From Clostridiaceae bacterium (GTDB taxonomy: Bacteria > Bacillota > Clostridia > DSM-8532): a stretch of 24,000 bases of DNA. The stretch lies in assembly GCA_012728015.1 (NCBI GenBank), contig JAAYFY010000003.1:6872-30871 (forward strand), in the 5' to 3' direction. The notes under the pieces were generated by a model that saw only the letters and a list, made by a program, of their open reading frames with translations, had not been told where the DNA came from and made no database searches. A program made the translations under genes and the position numbers. Within the stretch, counting starts at the first letter, position 1, and each line of letters starts with the position of its first letter. Of this stretch, positions 15,126-23,778 are shown one piece after another.

Positions 15126-16456
15126 AAGATTTGGTTTGGATAGTGGCAGAAGCCGGAACGTCCTTGTTTGAGGTCATTTTATTCTTTATTTTCTTCAATG
15201 GTTTTCTAACCAAGAGGGACACGCCGCGGATCAGGGAGATTCTTGTTCTTGTCATCGCTTTTGCCATGCAGTTTGTCGTCGGGACATGGTTCTATGATGA
15301 ACAGCTCATAATGCTGATAAGTTCCACGCTTGTCGCCGTTTTTATCTGCTTTTCCCTTTACTCGGGCAGCTTGATGACCAGGCTGTTCTCACCCCTTCTG
15401 GTTGTGGCGTTCATGGTGGCTCTGGAACTTATATCAACCATACTGGCGGTATCAGCCTACGATATCGAACTTCATGACGTGAATTCAAATCCATGGGTCA
15501 AGCTCATCATCATTTTTGCGAAAAACCTGCTGGGATTAATAGCCGTAAAGACTGTCACATATTTCAGGCGGTCTTTTTCAGGCAGCATCAAGACCAGCTA
15601 TCAACTGATGATACTGGTTGTACCAGCCATAAGCCTGGTGCTCATCTATGTAATACTGGACCTGATCATGCACCCGGGAAAGGAAGATGTGAGCCTGCCC
15701 GTTACCGGCCTGTTATGCCTGCTGTATGTCAATGTAATGATTTTTACTGTTTTTGAAGGCTTCATGAGACAGGTGAACAAGGAATACCGGTATATGCTTA
15801 TGGAAAAACAGCTGGATCTGCAGTTGGATCATTACAAACAGCTGGCTGAAAGCCGGAGCCGTATCCAGGAGATATGGCACGACTTCAGAAACCATGTGCA
15901 GTGCATAAGGATACTTAATGACAAGGGCGATATGGAATCCCTCGGGGAGTATATAAGGAACCTGTCCTGCTATGAGGAGAGGGCAAATGTCCTGGATACC
16001 GGGAATCCAGTAATTGATGCCCTTCTAAGCAACAAGCAGTCCATTGCCAGGCAGATGGGGATCCGGTTTGAGATGGAACTGGTCATACCGCCGCGGCTTG
16101 AGATACCGCCGGCGGATATCTGCGCCATACTCGGGAACTCGTTGGATAATGCCATTGAAGCCTGCAATCGGATAAAGAACCCAGGGATTGAAAAAATGAT
16201 CCGCCTTAACCTGACGTATAAGAACGGCTATCTGGTTATGGAACTTGTCAATACTTTTGAAATAGCACCTCAAAGGCAGGGGAAACATTTCAAGACATGG
16301 AAATCCTCGCCCCAGTTCCATGGATTGGGGCTTCAGAGCATCGAGAGGACCGTGGAGCAGAATGGCGGTAATGTGAAGATCGATATGGAAAACGGCACTT
16401 TTTCTATAAAGATCCTGATTCCTGCTGATATTCCCGGAAAGGATGCCGAAGACTGA
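15122..16456 (+). CDS. AgrC-like HPK10 sensor histidine kinase (about 6 TM helices plus a GHKL ATPase)
   Basis: The N-terminal roughly 200 aa are polytopic. The H-box is IWHDFRNHVQ, the N-box LGNSLDNAIEA and the G-box HGLGLQSIERTV. The start overlaps the regulator's stop (ATGA). Confidence 0.85.
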   Translation: MKDLVWIVAEAGTSLFEVILFFIFFNGFLTKRDTPRIREILVLVIAFAMQFVVGTWFYDEQLIMLISSTLVAVFICFSLYSGSLMTRLFSPLLVVAFMVALELISTILAVSAYDIELHDVNSNPWVKLIIIFAKNLLGLIAVKTVTYFRRSFSGSIKTSYQLMILVVPAISLVLIYVILDLIMHPGKEDVSLPVTGLLCLLYVNVMIFTVFEGFMRQVNKEYRYMLMEKQLDLQLDHYKQLAESRSRIQEIWHDFRNHVQCIRILNDKGDMESLGEYIRNLSCYEERANVLDTGNPVIDALLSNKQSIARQMGIRFEMELVIPPRLEIPPADICAILGNSLDNAIEACNRIKNPGIEKMIRLNLTYKNGYLVMELVNTFEIAPQRQGKHFKTWKSSPQFHGLGLQSIERTVEQNGGNVKIDMENGTFSIKILIPADIPGKDAED

Positions 16457-16458
16457 TG

Positions 16459-16487
16459 AAACCGCGGCGCTTCCTTACGGTTTTTTT
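16459..16487 (+). terminator. Weak candidate terminator after the kinase gene
   Basis: AAACCG pairs with CGGTTT in a 6-bp stem with a 13-nt loop. The stem runs into a T7 tract. Confidence 0.45.
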
Positions 16488-16537
16488 GGAATACTATCCA
16501 ATTAATGAGGGCCGGCAGTCGGCCAAAATATCTGTAT

Positions 16538-16566
16538 TTGCTGTTTTAAAAACAAATAGCTATACT
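16538..16566 (+). promoter_or_regulatory. Candidate sigma-A promoter of purL (TTGCTG-17-TATACT)
   Basis: The hexamers lie at 16538-16543 and 16561-16566 with a 17-nt spacer. This would give a leader of about 60 nt. Confidence 0.45.
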
Positions 16567-16627
16567 TTATAATAAGACAGTCAAACCGAGAGTTTGGCAC
16601 AAATCTGATCTTCAGAGGTAAGAATCT

Positions 16628-19600
16628 ATGGCTGTTAAAAGAGTTTTTGTTGAAAAGAAACCAGGATTTGATGCTGAAGCCCAAAGGCTCCTGGGGGAAA
16701 TCAGGGATTTTCTCCTGGTAAAAAGCCTTGAGGGTGTCAGGGTACTCATGCGCTATGACTGCGAAGGCATATCAGATGAGGATTTCGAAAAAGTAAAGAC
16801 TGTCGCGTTTTCTGATCCGCCCGTGGACAGGGTCTATGATGAGGTTATCGAGCCTTGTGATGATGAAAGGCTTATCGCGATTGAATTTCTGCCGGGGCAG
16901 TATGACCAGCGGGCAGACTCAGCCGCACAGTGCGTCCAGATCATGACCCAGGGGGAACGCCCGGATGTCCGTGTGGCGAAGATCATCCTCCTTAAGGGTG
17001 ATCTCACCGAAGAGGATTACCAAACCATCAAAAGCTATCTGATCAATCCCGTTGAAACCCGAGAGGCCTCACTTGAAAAGCCGGATACGCTTAAAACAGT
17101 TTATCCCGCGCCCCAGGACGTGTCTGAGGTCGCCGGGTTCGTGGACATGACAGATGACCAGCTGAAACAATTGCTGGATGACATGGGATTTGCCATGACC
17201 CCCGCTGATCTCAGGTTCTGTCAGACCTATTTCAGGGAAACAGAAAAGCGGGACCCCACTGTTACCGAACTGAGAATGCTGGATACCTATTGGTCGGATC
17301 ATTGCAGGCACAGCACTTTTTTGACCGAGATCCAATCGGTCGGTTTTGATGACGGCCCTGTTCCCCAAAAGATCAAATCGGTTTATGAACAATACCTGGA
17401 TGTGAGAGCCGGTATTGAGGGGAACGGCAGCAAGCCGGTTTGTCTCATGGATGTCGCGACTCTTGCCATGAAACACCTGAAGAATACAGGCAGACTGGAA
17501 AACCTGGATGAGTCGGACGAGGTTAACGCATGCAGCATAGTGGTGCAGGCTGAAATGGACGGCCGGCTGGAAGACTGGCTCGTTATGTTTAAAAACGAAA
17601 CCCATAACCATCCAACAGAGATAGAGCCTTTCGGAGGCGCGGCCACCTGCCTGGGAGGCGGCATACGAGACCCCATGTCGGGCAGATCCTATGTTTATCA
17701 GGCCATGAGGGTAACGGGATGCGGCGACCCGCGCACCCCTTTCTCTGAAACGCTGCATGGCAAGCTGCCCCAGCGGGTTATTACCACCACCGCCGCCGAA
17801 GGATACAGCTCTTATGGCAACCAGGTGGGAGTTCCTGCCGGGGTTGTGGCAGAGATATACCACGACGACTATGTAGCCAAACGGATGGAGATAGGAGCTC
17901 TTGTGGCCGCTGCTCCCAAAAGCAGTGTTGTGAGGATGAAGCCGGAAGCAGGCGACATCGTAATCCTGCTGGGCGGGCGTACCGGGCGTGACGGCTGCGG
18001 CGCGGCGACCGGATCATCCAAGGAGCATACCGAAGAGTCCCTTAACGCCTGCGGAGCAGATGTGCAAAAGGGTAACCCGGTCACCGAGAGAAACATCATG
18101 AGGCTTTTCAGAAAGCCCGAAGTCTGCAGGATGATAAAGAGGTGCAACGACTTTGGCGCGGGAGGCGTTGCGGTAGCCATAGGCGAACTGGCCGACGGGC
18201 TGGATATAAACCTTGACGCTGTCCCCAAAAAGTACGAAGGTCTTGACGGTACCGAGCTTGCCATATCCGAGTCCCAGGAACGTATGGCCGTTGTCGTGTC
18301 GCCGGAGGACGCCGACGCGTTTATAAGGGAAGCCCGGGAAGAGAACCTGGAGGCCGCCAAGGTGGCCGTTGTAACCAATACCAACAGGTTGAGGATGAGC
18401 TGGAGAGGCCGGACCATTGTCGACCTCAGCCGTGATTTCATCGATACAAATGGAGTAAGGCAAAAGACATCGGTACAGGTAACCAGTCCGGATAAACAGG
18501 ACAACCCACTGACACGCCTGCCCGAAGAGCTGGAGGCCCTGAGGCATGATCCGGCCACCGCCTGGCTTGAAAACCTGAAAAGGCTGAATGTTTGCAGCCA
18601 GAGGGGCCTGGTCGAGCGTTTTGACAGCACTGTGGGCTCCGGTACGGTACTCATGCCCATTGGAGGCAAGTATCAGCTCACTCCCGCGGACGGGATGGCA
18701 GCCAAGCTGCCTGTTCAATGCGGTGATACCACCACAGGAACCCTGATGACCTATGGTTTCAACCCGCATATTTCAAAATGGAGTCCGTTCCATGGCGCCG
18801 TATACGCGGTTCTGGAATCCCTGGCCAGGCTGACGGCCATGGGCGGGGATTACAGAGAGTCCTACCTCACGTTGCAGGAATACTTTGAGAAGCTGGGCAA
18901 AGATCCCAGCCGCTGGGGGAAGCCTTTCAGCGCGCTGCTTGGTGCCCTGCATGCCCAGCTGTCCCTGGGGGTGGCCGCGGCAGGCGGTAAAGACAGCATG
19001 TCCGGGACCTTTATTGACCGGCATGTACCCCCGACGCTGGTGGCCTTTGCCGTAGCGCCCGTCGATGTCAGGAACGTCGTTTCCCAGGAGTTCAAACAGC
19101 CGGGCAGCCGTCTTGTATTGGTTTCAATAGACAAGGATGAACTGGGTCTGCCTGACCTCCAACAGGCTGGCAGGGCTTATGCCGCCATAGCCTCCCTGGC
19201 GCAGAAAGGCGGTATCCTTGCGGCTTCGGCTCTTAAGTCCGGCGGATTGGCGGAGTCGGTTTCAAAAATGGCGTTTGGCAACCGCATAGGCGCCAGGCTG
19301 AAGGAAATGCCGTTTGACAAGCTGTTCATGCTGGACTATGGCTCCATCCTGCTGGAGATTCCTGATTGGGTGGATACTGAAGAAGCCTTCGGCGAACTGA
19401 AATATGAGGTTATAGGCGAAACCATCCCTGAGTCCGCCATCCTATTCAATGGGAAAGAGTTGTCCCTGGATAAAATGCTGGAGACCTGGGAAGAAACCCT
19501 GGAGCCCATATTCCCCACCAGGGCCGAAGAGAAAGCTAATAGCATACCTGCTTACGCATTTCGGGGCAAAGCCCGGGTCAGGCCGAAGACCTCCATCGCA

Positions 19601-20398
19601 AGGCCCAGGGTGCTAATACCGGTACTGCCCGGTACCAATAACGAGTATGATGTAAGAATGAGGTTTGAGGAGGCCAATGCCCTTGTTGATCTCTTCATAT
19701 TCAAAAACCTGACAGCAAAAGAGGTTGACGAATCTGTCCAGGAACTGAAGAAGAGAATTGACGAGTGCCAGGTCCTGGTGATACCCGGCGGCTATAACAT
19801 GGGCAATGGACCCGAAGGCTCAGGAAAATTCATTGCCACGGTATTTAAGAATCCTTTGCTGGCCGAAGCAATCATGAACCTGACCGCAAAGCGGGACGGC
19901 CTGATCCTTGGCATAGGCGGCGGTTTCCAGGCCCTTGTGAAGCTGGGGCTTCTGCCATATGGCGAATTCAGGGAACCGGACGACAACAGCCCCGCAATTA
20001 CCTTCAATACCATTGGCCGGCATGTATCCCGCCTGGTGGCCACGAGGGTGGCTTCCAACCTTTCTCCCTGGCTGGCAAAGGTAAAGGTCGGGGAAATATA
20101 CACAGTGGCCGTATCCCATGGCGAAGGACGTTTCGCGGCCAGCCCCGGCCTTCTTAAGGAAATGGAGCTTTACGGACAGATTGCCACCCAATATGTGGGT
20201 CCGGATGGTAACCCAACCATGGAAACACCTTATAACCCCAATGGTTCGGTTATGGCCATAGAAGGCATCACCAGCAGGGATGGGCGGATATTTGGTAAAA
20301 TGGGCCATGATGAGAGGTATGCTTCCAACACTTTCATAAATGTTCCCGGTGAAAGAAATCAGAGGATATTTGAGGCCGGAGTGGAATACTTCCTCTGA
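16628..20398 (+). CDS. purL: Single-chain phosphoribosylformylglycinamidine (FGAM) synthase with fused PurS-like, PurL and PurQ-like domains; the glutaminase nucleophile is substituted
   Basis: 1256 aa. The synthetase motifs KNETHNHPTEIEPFGGAATCLGGGIRD and CNDFGAGGVAVAIGE are present. The C-terminal GATase-like domain carries AVSHGEGR, NPNGS and GHDER. However, GIGGGFQ occupies the place where GxCNGxQ is expected. Confidence 0.9.
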   Translation: MAVKRVFVEKKPGFDAEAQRLLGEIRDFLLVKSLEGVRVLMRYDCEGISDEDFEKVKTVAFSDPPVDRVYDEVIEPCDDERLIAIEFLPGQYDQRADSAAQCVQIMTQGERPDVRVAKIILLKGDLTEEDYQTIKSYLINPVETREASLEKPDTLKTVYPAPQDVSEVAGFVDMTDDQLKQLLDDMGFAMTPADLRFCQTYFRETEKRDPTVTELRMLDTYWSDHCRHSTFLTEIQSVGFDDGPVPQKIKSVYEQYLDVRAGIEGNGSKPVCLMDVATLAMKHLKNTGRLENLDESDEVNACSIVVQAEMDGRLEDWLVMFKNETHNHPTEIEPFGGAATCLGGGIRDPMSGRSYVYQAMRVTGCGDPRTPFSETLHGKLPQRVITTTAAEGYSSYGNQVGVPAGVVAEIYHDDYVAKRMEIGALVAAAPKSSVVRMKPEAGDIVILLGGRTGRDGCGAATGSSKEHTEESLNACGADVQKGNPVTERNIMRLFRKPEVCRMIKRCNDFGAGGVAVAIGELADGLDINLDAVPKKYEGLDGTELAISESQERMAVVVSPEDADAFIREAREENLEAAKVAVVTNTNRLRMSWRGRTIVDLSRDFIDTNGVRQKTSVQVTSPDKQDNPLTRLPEELEALRHDPATAWLENLKRLNVCSQRGLVERFDSTVGSGTVLMPIGGKYQLTPADGMAAKLPVQCGDTTTGTLMTYGFNPHISKWSPFHGAVYAVLESLARLTAMGGDYRESYLTLQEYFEKLGKDPSRWGKPFSALLGALHAQLSLGVAAAGGKDSMSGTFIDRHVPPTLVAFAVAPVDVRNVVSQEFKQPGSRLVLVSIDKDELGLPDLQQAGRAYAAIASLAQKGGILAASALKSGGLAESVSKMAFGNRIGARLKEMPFDKLFMLDYGSILLEIPDWVDTEEAFGELKYEVIGETIPESAILFNGKELSLDKMLETWEETLEPIFPTRAEEKANSIPAYAFRGKARVRPKTSIARPRVLIPVLPGTNNEYDVRMRFEEANALVDLFIFKNLTAKEVDESVQELKKRIDECQVLVIPGGYNMGNGPEGSGKFIATVFKNPLLAEAIMNLTAKRDGLILGIGGGFQALVKLGLLPYGEFREPDDNSPAITFNTIGRHVSRLVATRVASNLSPWLAKVKVGEIYTVAVSHGEGRFAASPGLLKEMELYGQIATQYVGPDGNPTMETPYNPNGSVMAIEGITSRDGRIFGKMGHDERYASNTFINVPGERNQRIFEAGVEYFL

Positions 20399-20419
20399 TA
20401 CCGGAATATTGGATGTTTT

Positions 20420-21667
20420 ATGAGGCATATGTATAGACCAAGAAAAAACTTAATCAGAGCTACGAGGGAACAGGCGTGCATTGCCCTATGCCTTGTCATG
20501 CTGGCGGCAATGGCAGGCCTGTTCTCTTCCTGCATGGGCCGGAATATGAGTAATCCTCCAGTTATTAAGGCTTCTGAAGAATCTGAAACAACCCATCACC
20601 AACCAGATATCCCACAAGTCCAGTCCCCTGGCAAGGCCTCATCAGCCGTGCCTTCTCCCGGTTCTTCGACGCAGCCTGGGGAAAAAACTCCGCCCTGCCC
20701 CGCACCTGGGCCTGCTTCTTCCCATGATCCGGTTCCCGAGAGCATTGTCGATCCCTATACCCATTATACCTGGGACCAAATGATGGCCGAGGCGCAAATG
20801 CTCCGGGATGCATATCCGGAGTTTATTGAGTTGTCTTCGGCCGGCAAGTCGGTGGAGGGAAGGGACCTACTGGTCATAAGCCTGGGAACGGGGGACAGGA
20901 GGATACTGCTTTGCGGGGCCCACCATGCCAGGGAATATATAACCAGCAGCTTCCTGATGAAGATGGTGGAAGCCTATGCCGAAAAGGCTTCCAAAGGCCA
21001 GCCTTTCGGAGACTTTAGACCGGCGGAACTCCTGGGCAGGGTGACGCTGGTGGTGGTCCCCATGGTAAACACGGACGGGGTTAACCTGGTAAACAACGGG
21101 TTTAAGGCGGTAAGCAGCCAGGAAGAGGTTGAGGCGATGACCATGGTTGGATCGGGCTACCGGGCGTGGAAGGCCAATATCAACGGAGTGGACCTGAACA
21201 GGCAGTACCCCGCATACTGGGAGGAGAAATACGATGATGTGAAAAGGCCGGCTTCCCAAAACTACAAAGGGTCCGCCAGCGCCACCGAACCCGAAGTGCA
21301 AGCAATGATGGCCCTTGCCCGATCCGATGATTTTGTTCTGTCTGCGTCCTTCCATACAAAGGGAGAAGTGATTTTCTGGGCCGACAGCGGGACAGTAAAC
21401 GCCATTAACGGGGCAAAGGACATTGCCGTGCGAATGGGTGAGCTTACCGGGTATGAATTGATGCCAGTGTCCGAAAAGCCTTCGGCTTTCGGAGCCGGTT
21501 TTGAGAATTGGTTCAGGCAGGAGTTCTTAAGGCCCGCCTTCTGTATCGAGCTGACCCCGGAAGATGGTACCGATGAGCCCCATGATGACACCGAGTTTGA
21601 TTCACTGGTCTGGGAAAAGGTTAAATATATCGGGCTCTTTCTGGCCGAGGAAGCGCTGAAACGATAG
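20420..21667 (+). CDS. M14-family zinc carboxypeptidase (gamma-D-glutamyl-meso-DAP peptidase-like), probable lipoprotein with a Pro/Ser-rich linker
   Basis: The signal peptide ends in LFSSC. The zinc motif is GAHHAREYIT (HxxE), followed by a later SFHTKGE His and a CIELTPE Glu. Only 21 nt separate it from the purL stop, so co-transcription is likely. Confidence 0.85.
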   Translation: MRHMYRPRKNLIRATREQACIALCLVMLAAMAGLFSSCMGRNMSNPPVIKASEESETTHHQPDIPQVQSPGKASSAVPSPGSSTQPGEKTPPCPAPGPASSHDPVPESIVDPYTHYTWDQMMAEAQMLRDAYPEFIELSSAGKSVEGRDLLVISLGTGDRRILLCGAHHAREYITSSFLMKMVEAYAEKASKGQPFGDFRPAELLGRVTLVVVPMVNTDGVNLVNNGFKAVSSQEEVEAMTMVGSGYRAWKANINGVDLNRQYPAYWEEKYDDVKRPASQNYKGSASATEPEVQAMMALARSDDFVLSASFHTKGEVIFWADSGTVNAINGAKDIAVRMGELTGYELMPVSEKPSAFGAGFENWFRQEFLRPAFCIELTPEDGTDEPHDDTEFDSLVWEKVKYIGLFLAEEALKR

Positions 21668-21710
21668 GCAAGCAGGGGAAGGTCTGCAGAGCGCGGTAAT
21701 CCCCAAAACT

Positions 21711-21800
21711 GTCATTGCGAGCGGAGCGAAGTGGAGCGTGGCAATCTCTTCCTGAGCGGGTTTTGCGAGATTGCTTCGTCGCGTTGCTCCTTGCGATGAC
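21711..21800. repeat. Imperfect palindromic REP-like intergenic element of about 90 bp
   Basis: The left arm is GTCATTGCGAGCGGAGCGAAGTGGAGCGTGGCAATCTC and the right arm is GAGATTGCTTCGTCGCGTTGCTCCTTGCGATGAC. The termini pair (GCAATCTC/GAGATTGC and GTCATTGCGA/TTGCGATGAC) around an 18-nt loop. Confidence 0.5.
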
Positions 21801-21821
21801 ATACTTGAGGATAGAAGTCAA

Positions 21822-21870
21822 AGCCTGGAGGTTGGAATGCCCTGATGCCAGGCTAACAGTATCCAACCTC
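21822..21870. terminator. Hairpin between the convergent genes, a possible bidirectional terminator
   Basis: GAGGTTGGA (21829-21837) pairs with TCCAACCTC (21862-21870). An alternative stem is GCCTGG/CCAGGC. T-rich sequence occurs on both sides but is not immediately adjacent. Confidence 0.45.
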
Positions 21871-21906
21871 TTACATCTAACTTCTTAACTTCTATTTTTA
21901 AGACAG

Positions 21907-23730
21907 TTATTTTATGCGCACGCCGAATATCTTTTGGGCGTAGGAGCCCACGACGGCCATGTTGCCGTATACAGCCGGCGAGGATTCGATATTGGCGCCC
22001 AGTGATACAACATCATAATCCTGTCCTGTTTTCGGATCGAACAGATGCATATCGCCGTTGGAATCGCAAAACAGGGCATAGGTCTTGCCGTCGGAGCCCA
22101 CAAAATCGACGGGCGAGCTCCAGCTATAGAACTGCAGGTCCCGGACCCACACCTCTTCACCGGTCTTCTTGTCCAGCGCCACCAGCTTTCCGTCCATGGA
22201 AGACCCGGTAAAGCATACGGGGTAAATGATCAGGTTTTCAATATCGTTCTTTCCGATTAAGGGCGTTGACAGTACGCCGCCGTTTATATAATAGCGGTAA
22301 TAACAGGTGTAATCCTTCTGCCATACCAGTTCCCCGGTCAGGGCATTAATCTTTCTTATGCTGGCCGGAGCAGTGGCCCTGCTGGTGTTGGCGCAGCGCT
22401 TATCCACCTCGTTGGCGGTGTAAATAAAGACGCCGTCCTCCTCTTCCTCGATTACTATGGTGCTGTCGGTATCATCCTCGGCGTCGAATATCCATACCGG
22501 CTCAAGGGAGTTTATATCCAGGCACTGGATGGTCCCGCCGTTATCGGAGAAATACATCAGGTTCCGGTAATAGGCCGCCGAGCCTTCGATGCCCTGGTCC
22601 GAGCTGTTGGGGCCGTACGAGGATTTATAGCGGTAATGGGTTATTTCAGGATCCACCGTAAGAGTTGCTGCTGCGGGATCATAGCTGGTGTTCATTCTTA
22701 TCTTGTAAACCATACCATTCTCCATGGGCTGAATAAGGGTATCGGTCTGCCAGTTCAGCATGGGCGATGAATCCATGGCACCCCAGGTGCGGTACGCGTT
22801 GGGGTTCTTGCCTGGGAAGGTGAATATCTCGGTCTGGTCTATGAGGCTTATGACCCGGAACTTAAACTCGGTGTACCGCCCGTTGTTTTCGTTAACCCCC
22901 ATGCCCGTGTAAAGCAGGGGATATCCTCTCGGGTCGATCATGCCGGTTCCCTTTATGGGAAAGCCGATCTTTATCTTCTCACGGGTTGGTTTGCCGGTTT
23001 CAAGATCCAGGAAATATATGTTGCCGTCAAGGGCCGGATAGATCACTTCCACCAGGTCCTTTTCCTTCATATCGGGATCAATGTTCATCAGATTCCTGGT
23101 TTCCTCGGGCCAATGGACCAAAAGCGGCTGTCCCGTCCAGCCGGTGCCGGGCCAGAAGCTGTTGGCGGCGGCTATTGCGCCTGTATCCTGGCTCCACACT
23201 ATCTCAAGCTTCTTTTCTACCACATCGGCTGTTCCCCATGAGGCGGAATTGCGGTAGTTGTTTCCGCGAAAAGCGGTGATGCCTTCAAGCTGGGAATAGG
23301 ATTTGTCCGAGGCAAAGGCCAGGGTGTAGTCAGGGACATACGCCACGGGCTTCCCGTTCTGGAAGACCTGGTACTGGATGGTAGCACCGTCGGCATATTT
23401 CTTGGTGAAAGTATGATTACTCCCCTCGGTCTTGCTTACGAAAGAGGGCGGTTCCTGCCAGTCCAGCAGCAGTGCTTCTGGGTCTGTCACCTCTGGTGTC
23501 GGTGTCGGCTCGGGAGTGGGAGTGGGTGTTGGCGTCGGTGTGGGGGTCGGCGCTGGCCCGGTTGCTCCCGGAGTCGCGCCCGGGGTTGGCGTTACGCCGT
23601 TGTTGCTGTTATCAACCCAGGGAAGCCTGTCCTTAAAAATAAACAGGGCAATCAACACAATCAGGCTGACCGCCAGCACCGCGATCAAAACTGTATAATT
23701 TCCGCTTCTGCGGTATCTTCTCCGCCTCAT
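21907..23730 (-). CDS. Membrane-anchored extracytoplasmic PQQ-like (BamB/YxaL-type) beta-propeller repeat protein with a Pro/Thr linker
   Basis: 607 aa. It has an Arg-rich N-terminus and one TM helix (VLIAVLAVSLIVLIALFIF), then a (TP)n linker. Repeated motifs such as GELVWQKD, GEEVWVRD, LEPVWIF and DGNIYFLDLETGK are typical of PQQ_2/3 propeller blades. The RBS AGGAGG is strong. Confidence 0.8.
   Translation of the reverse strand: MRRRRYRRSGNYTVLIAVLAVSLIVLIALFIFKDRLPWVDNSNNGVTPTPGATPGATGPAPTPTPTPTPTPTPEPTPTPEVTDPEALLLDWQEPPSFVSKTEGSNHTFTKKYADGATIQYQVFQNGKPVAYVPDYTLAFASDKSYSQLEGITAFRGNNYRNSASWGTADVVEKKLEIVWSQDTGAIAAANSFWPGTGWTGQPLLVHWPEETRNLMNIDPDMKEKDLVEVIYPALDGNIYFLDLETGKPTREKIKIGFPIKGTGMIDPRGYPLLYTGMGVNENNGRYTEFKFRVISLIDQTEIFTFPGKNPNAYRTWGAMDSSPMLNWQTDTLIQPMENGMVYKIRMNTSYDPAAATLTVDPEITHYRYKSSYGPNSSDQGIEGSAAYYRNLMYFSDNGGTIQCLDINSLEPVWIFDAEDDTDSTIVIEEEEDGVFIYTANEVDKRCANTSRATAPASIRKINALTGELVWQKDYTCYYRYYINGGVLSTPLIGKNDIENLIIYPVCFTGSSMDGKLVALDKKTGEEVWVRDLQFYSWSSPVDFVGSDGKTYALFCDSNGDMHLFDPKTGQDYDVVSLGANIESSPAVYGNMAVVGSYAQKIFGVRIK
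23493..23596 (-). repeat. Coding low-complexity Pro/Thr (PT) linker repeat inside the propeller gene
   Basis: Encodes TPTPGATPGATGPAPTPTPTPTPTPTPEPTPTPE. The 6-nt periodic repeat uses varied synonymous codons. Confidence 0.8.
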
Positions 23731-23778
23731 GTAATACCTCCTAAAGCTGATGTGAATAACGGGGGTCAGGCAACTTCT

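Noticed and set aside
16457-16627. Possible purine or ZTP riboswitch, or PurBox, upstream of purL
   Set aside because: The predicted leader is only about 60 nt. I could not find the conserved purine-riboswitch junction sequences, the ZTP (pfl) core or a convincing PurBox (AAACCGAGAG is only a loose resemblance).
17069-18769. Three long minus-strand ORFs (264, 266 and 251 aa) antisense to purL
   Set aside because: They lie entirely inside a CDS with strong conserved motifs on the plus strand. Their translations are low-complexity (Arg/Ser/Pro/Gly-rich) with no motifs. These are typical antisense open frames in moderately GC-rich coding DNA.
23432-23698. Plus-strand ORF encoding a GVGVGVGVG repeat
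   Set aside because: It is the antisense reading of the (TP)n linker codons of the propeller gene and is an artefact of the repeat.
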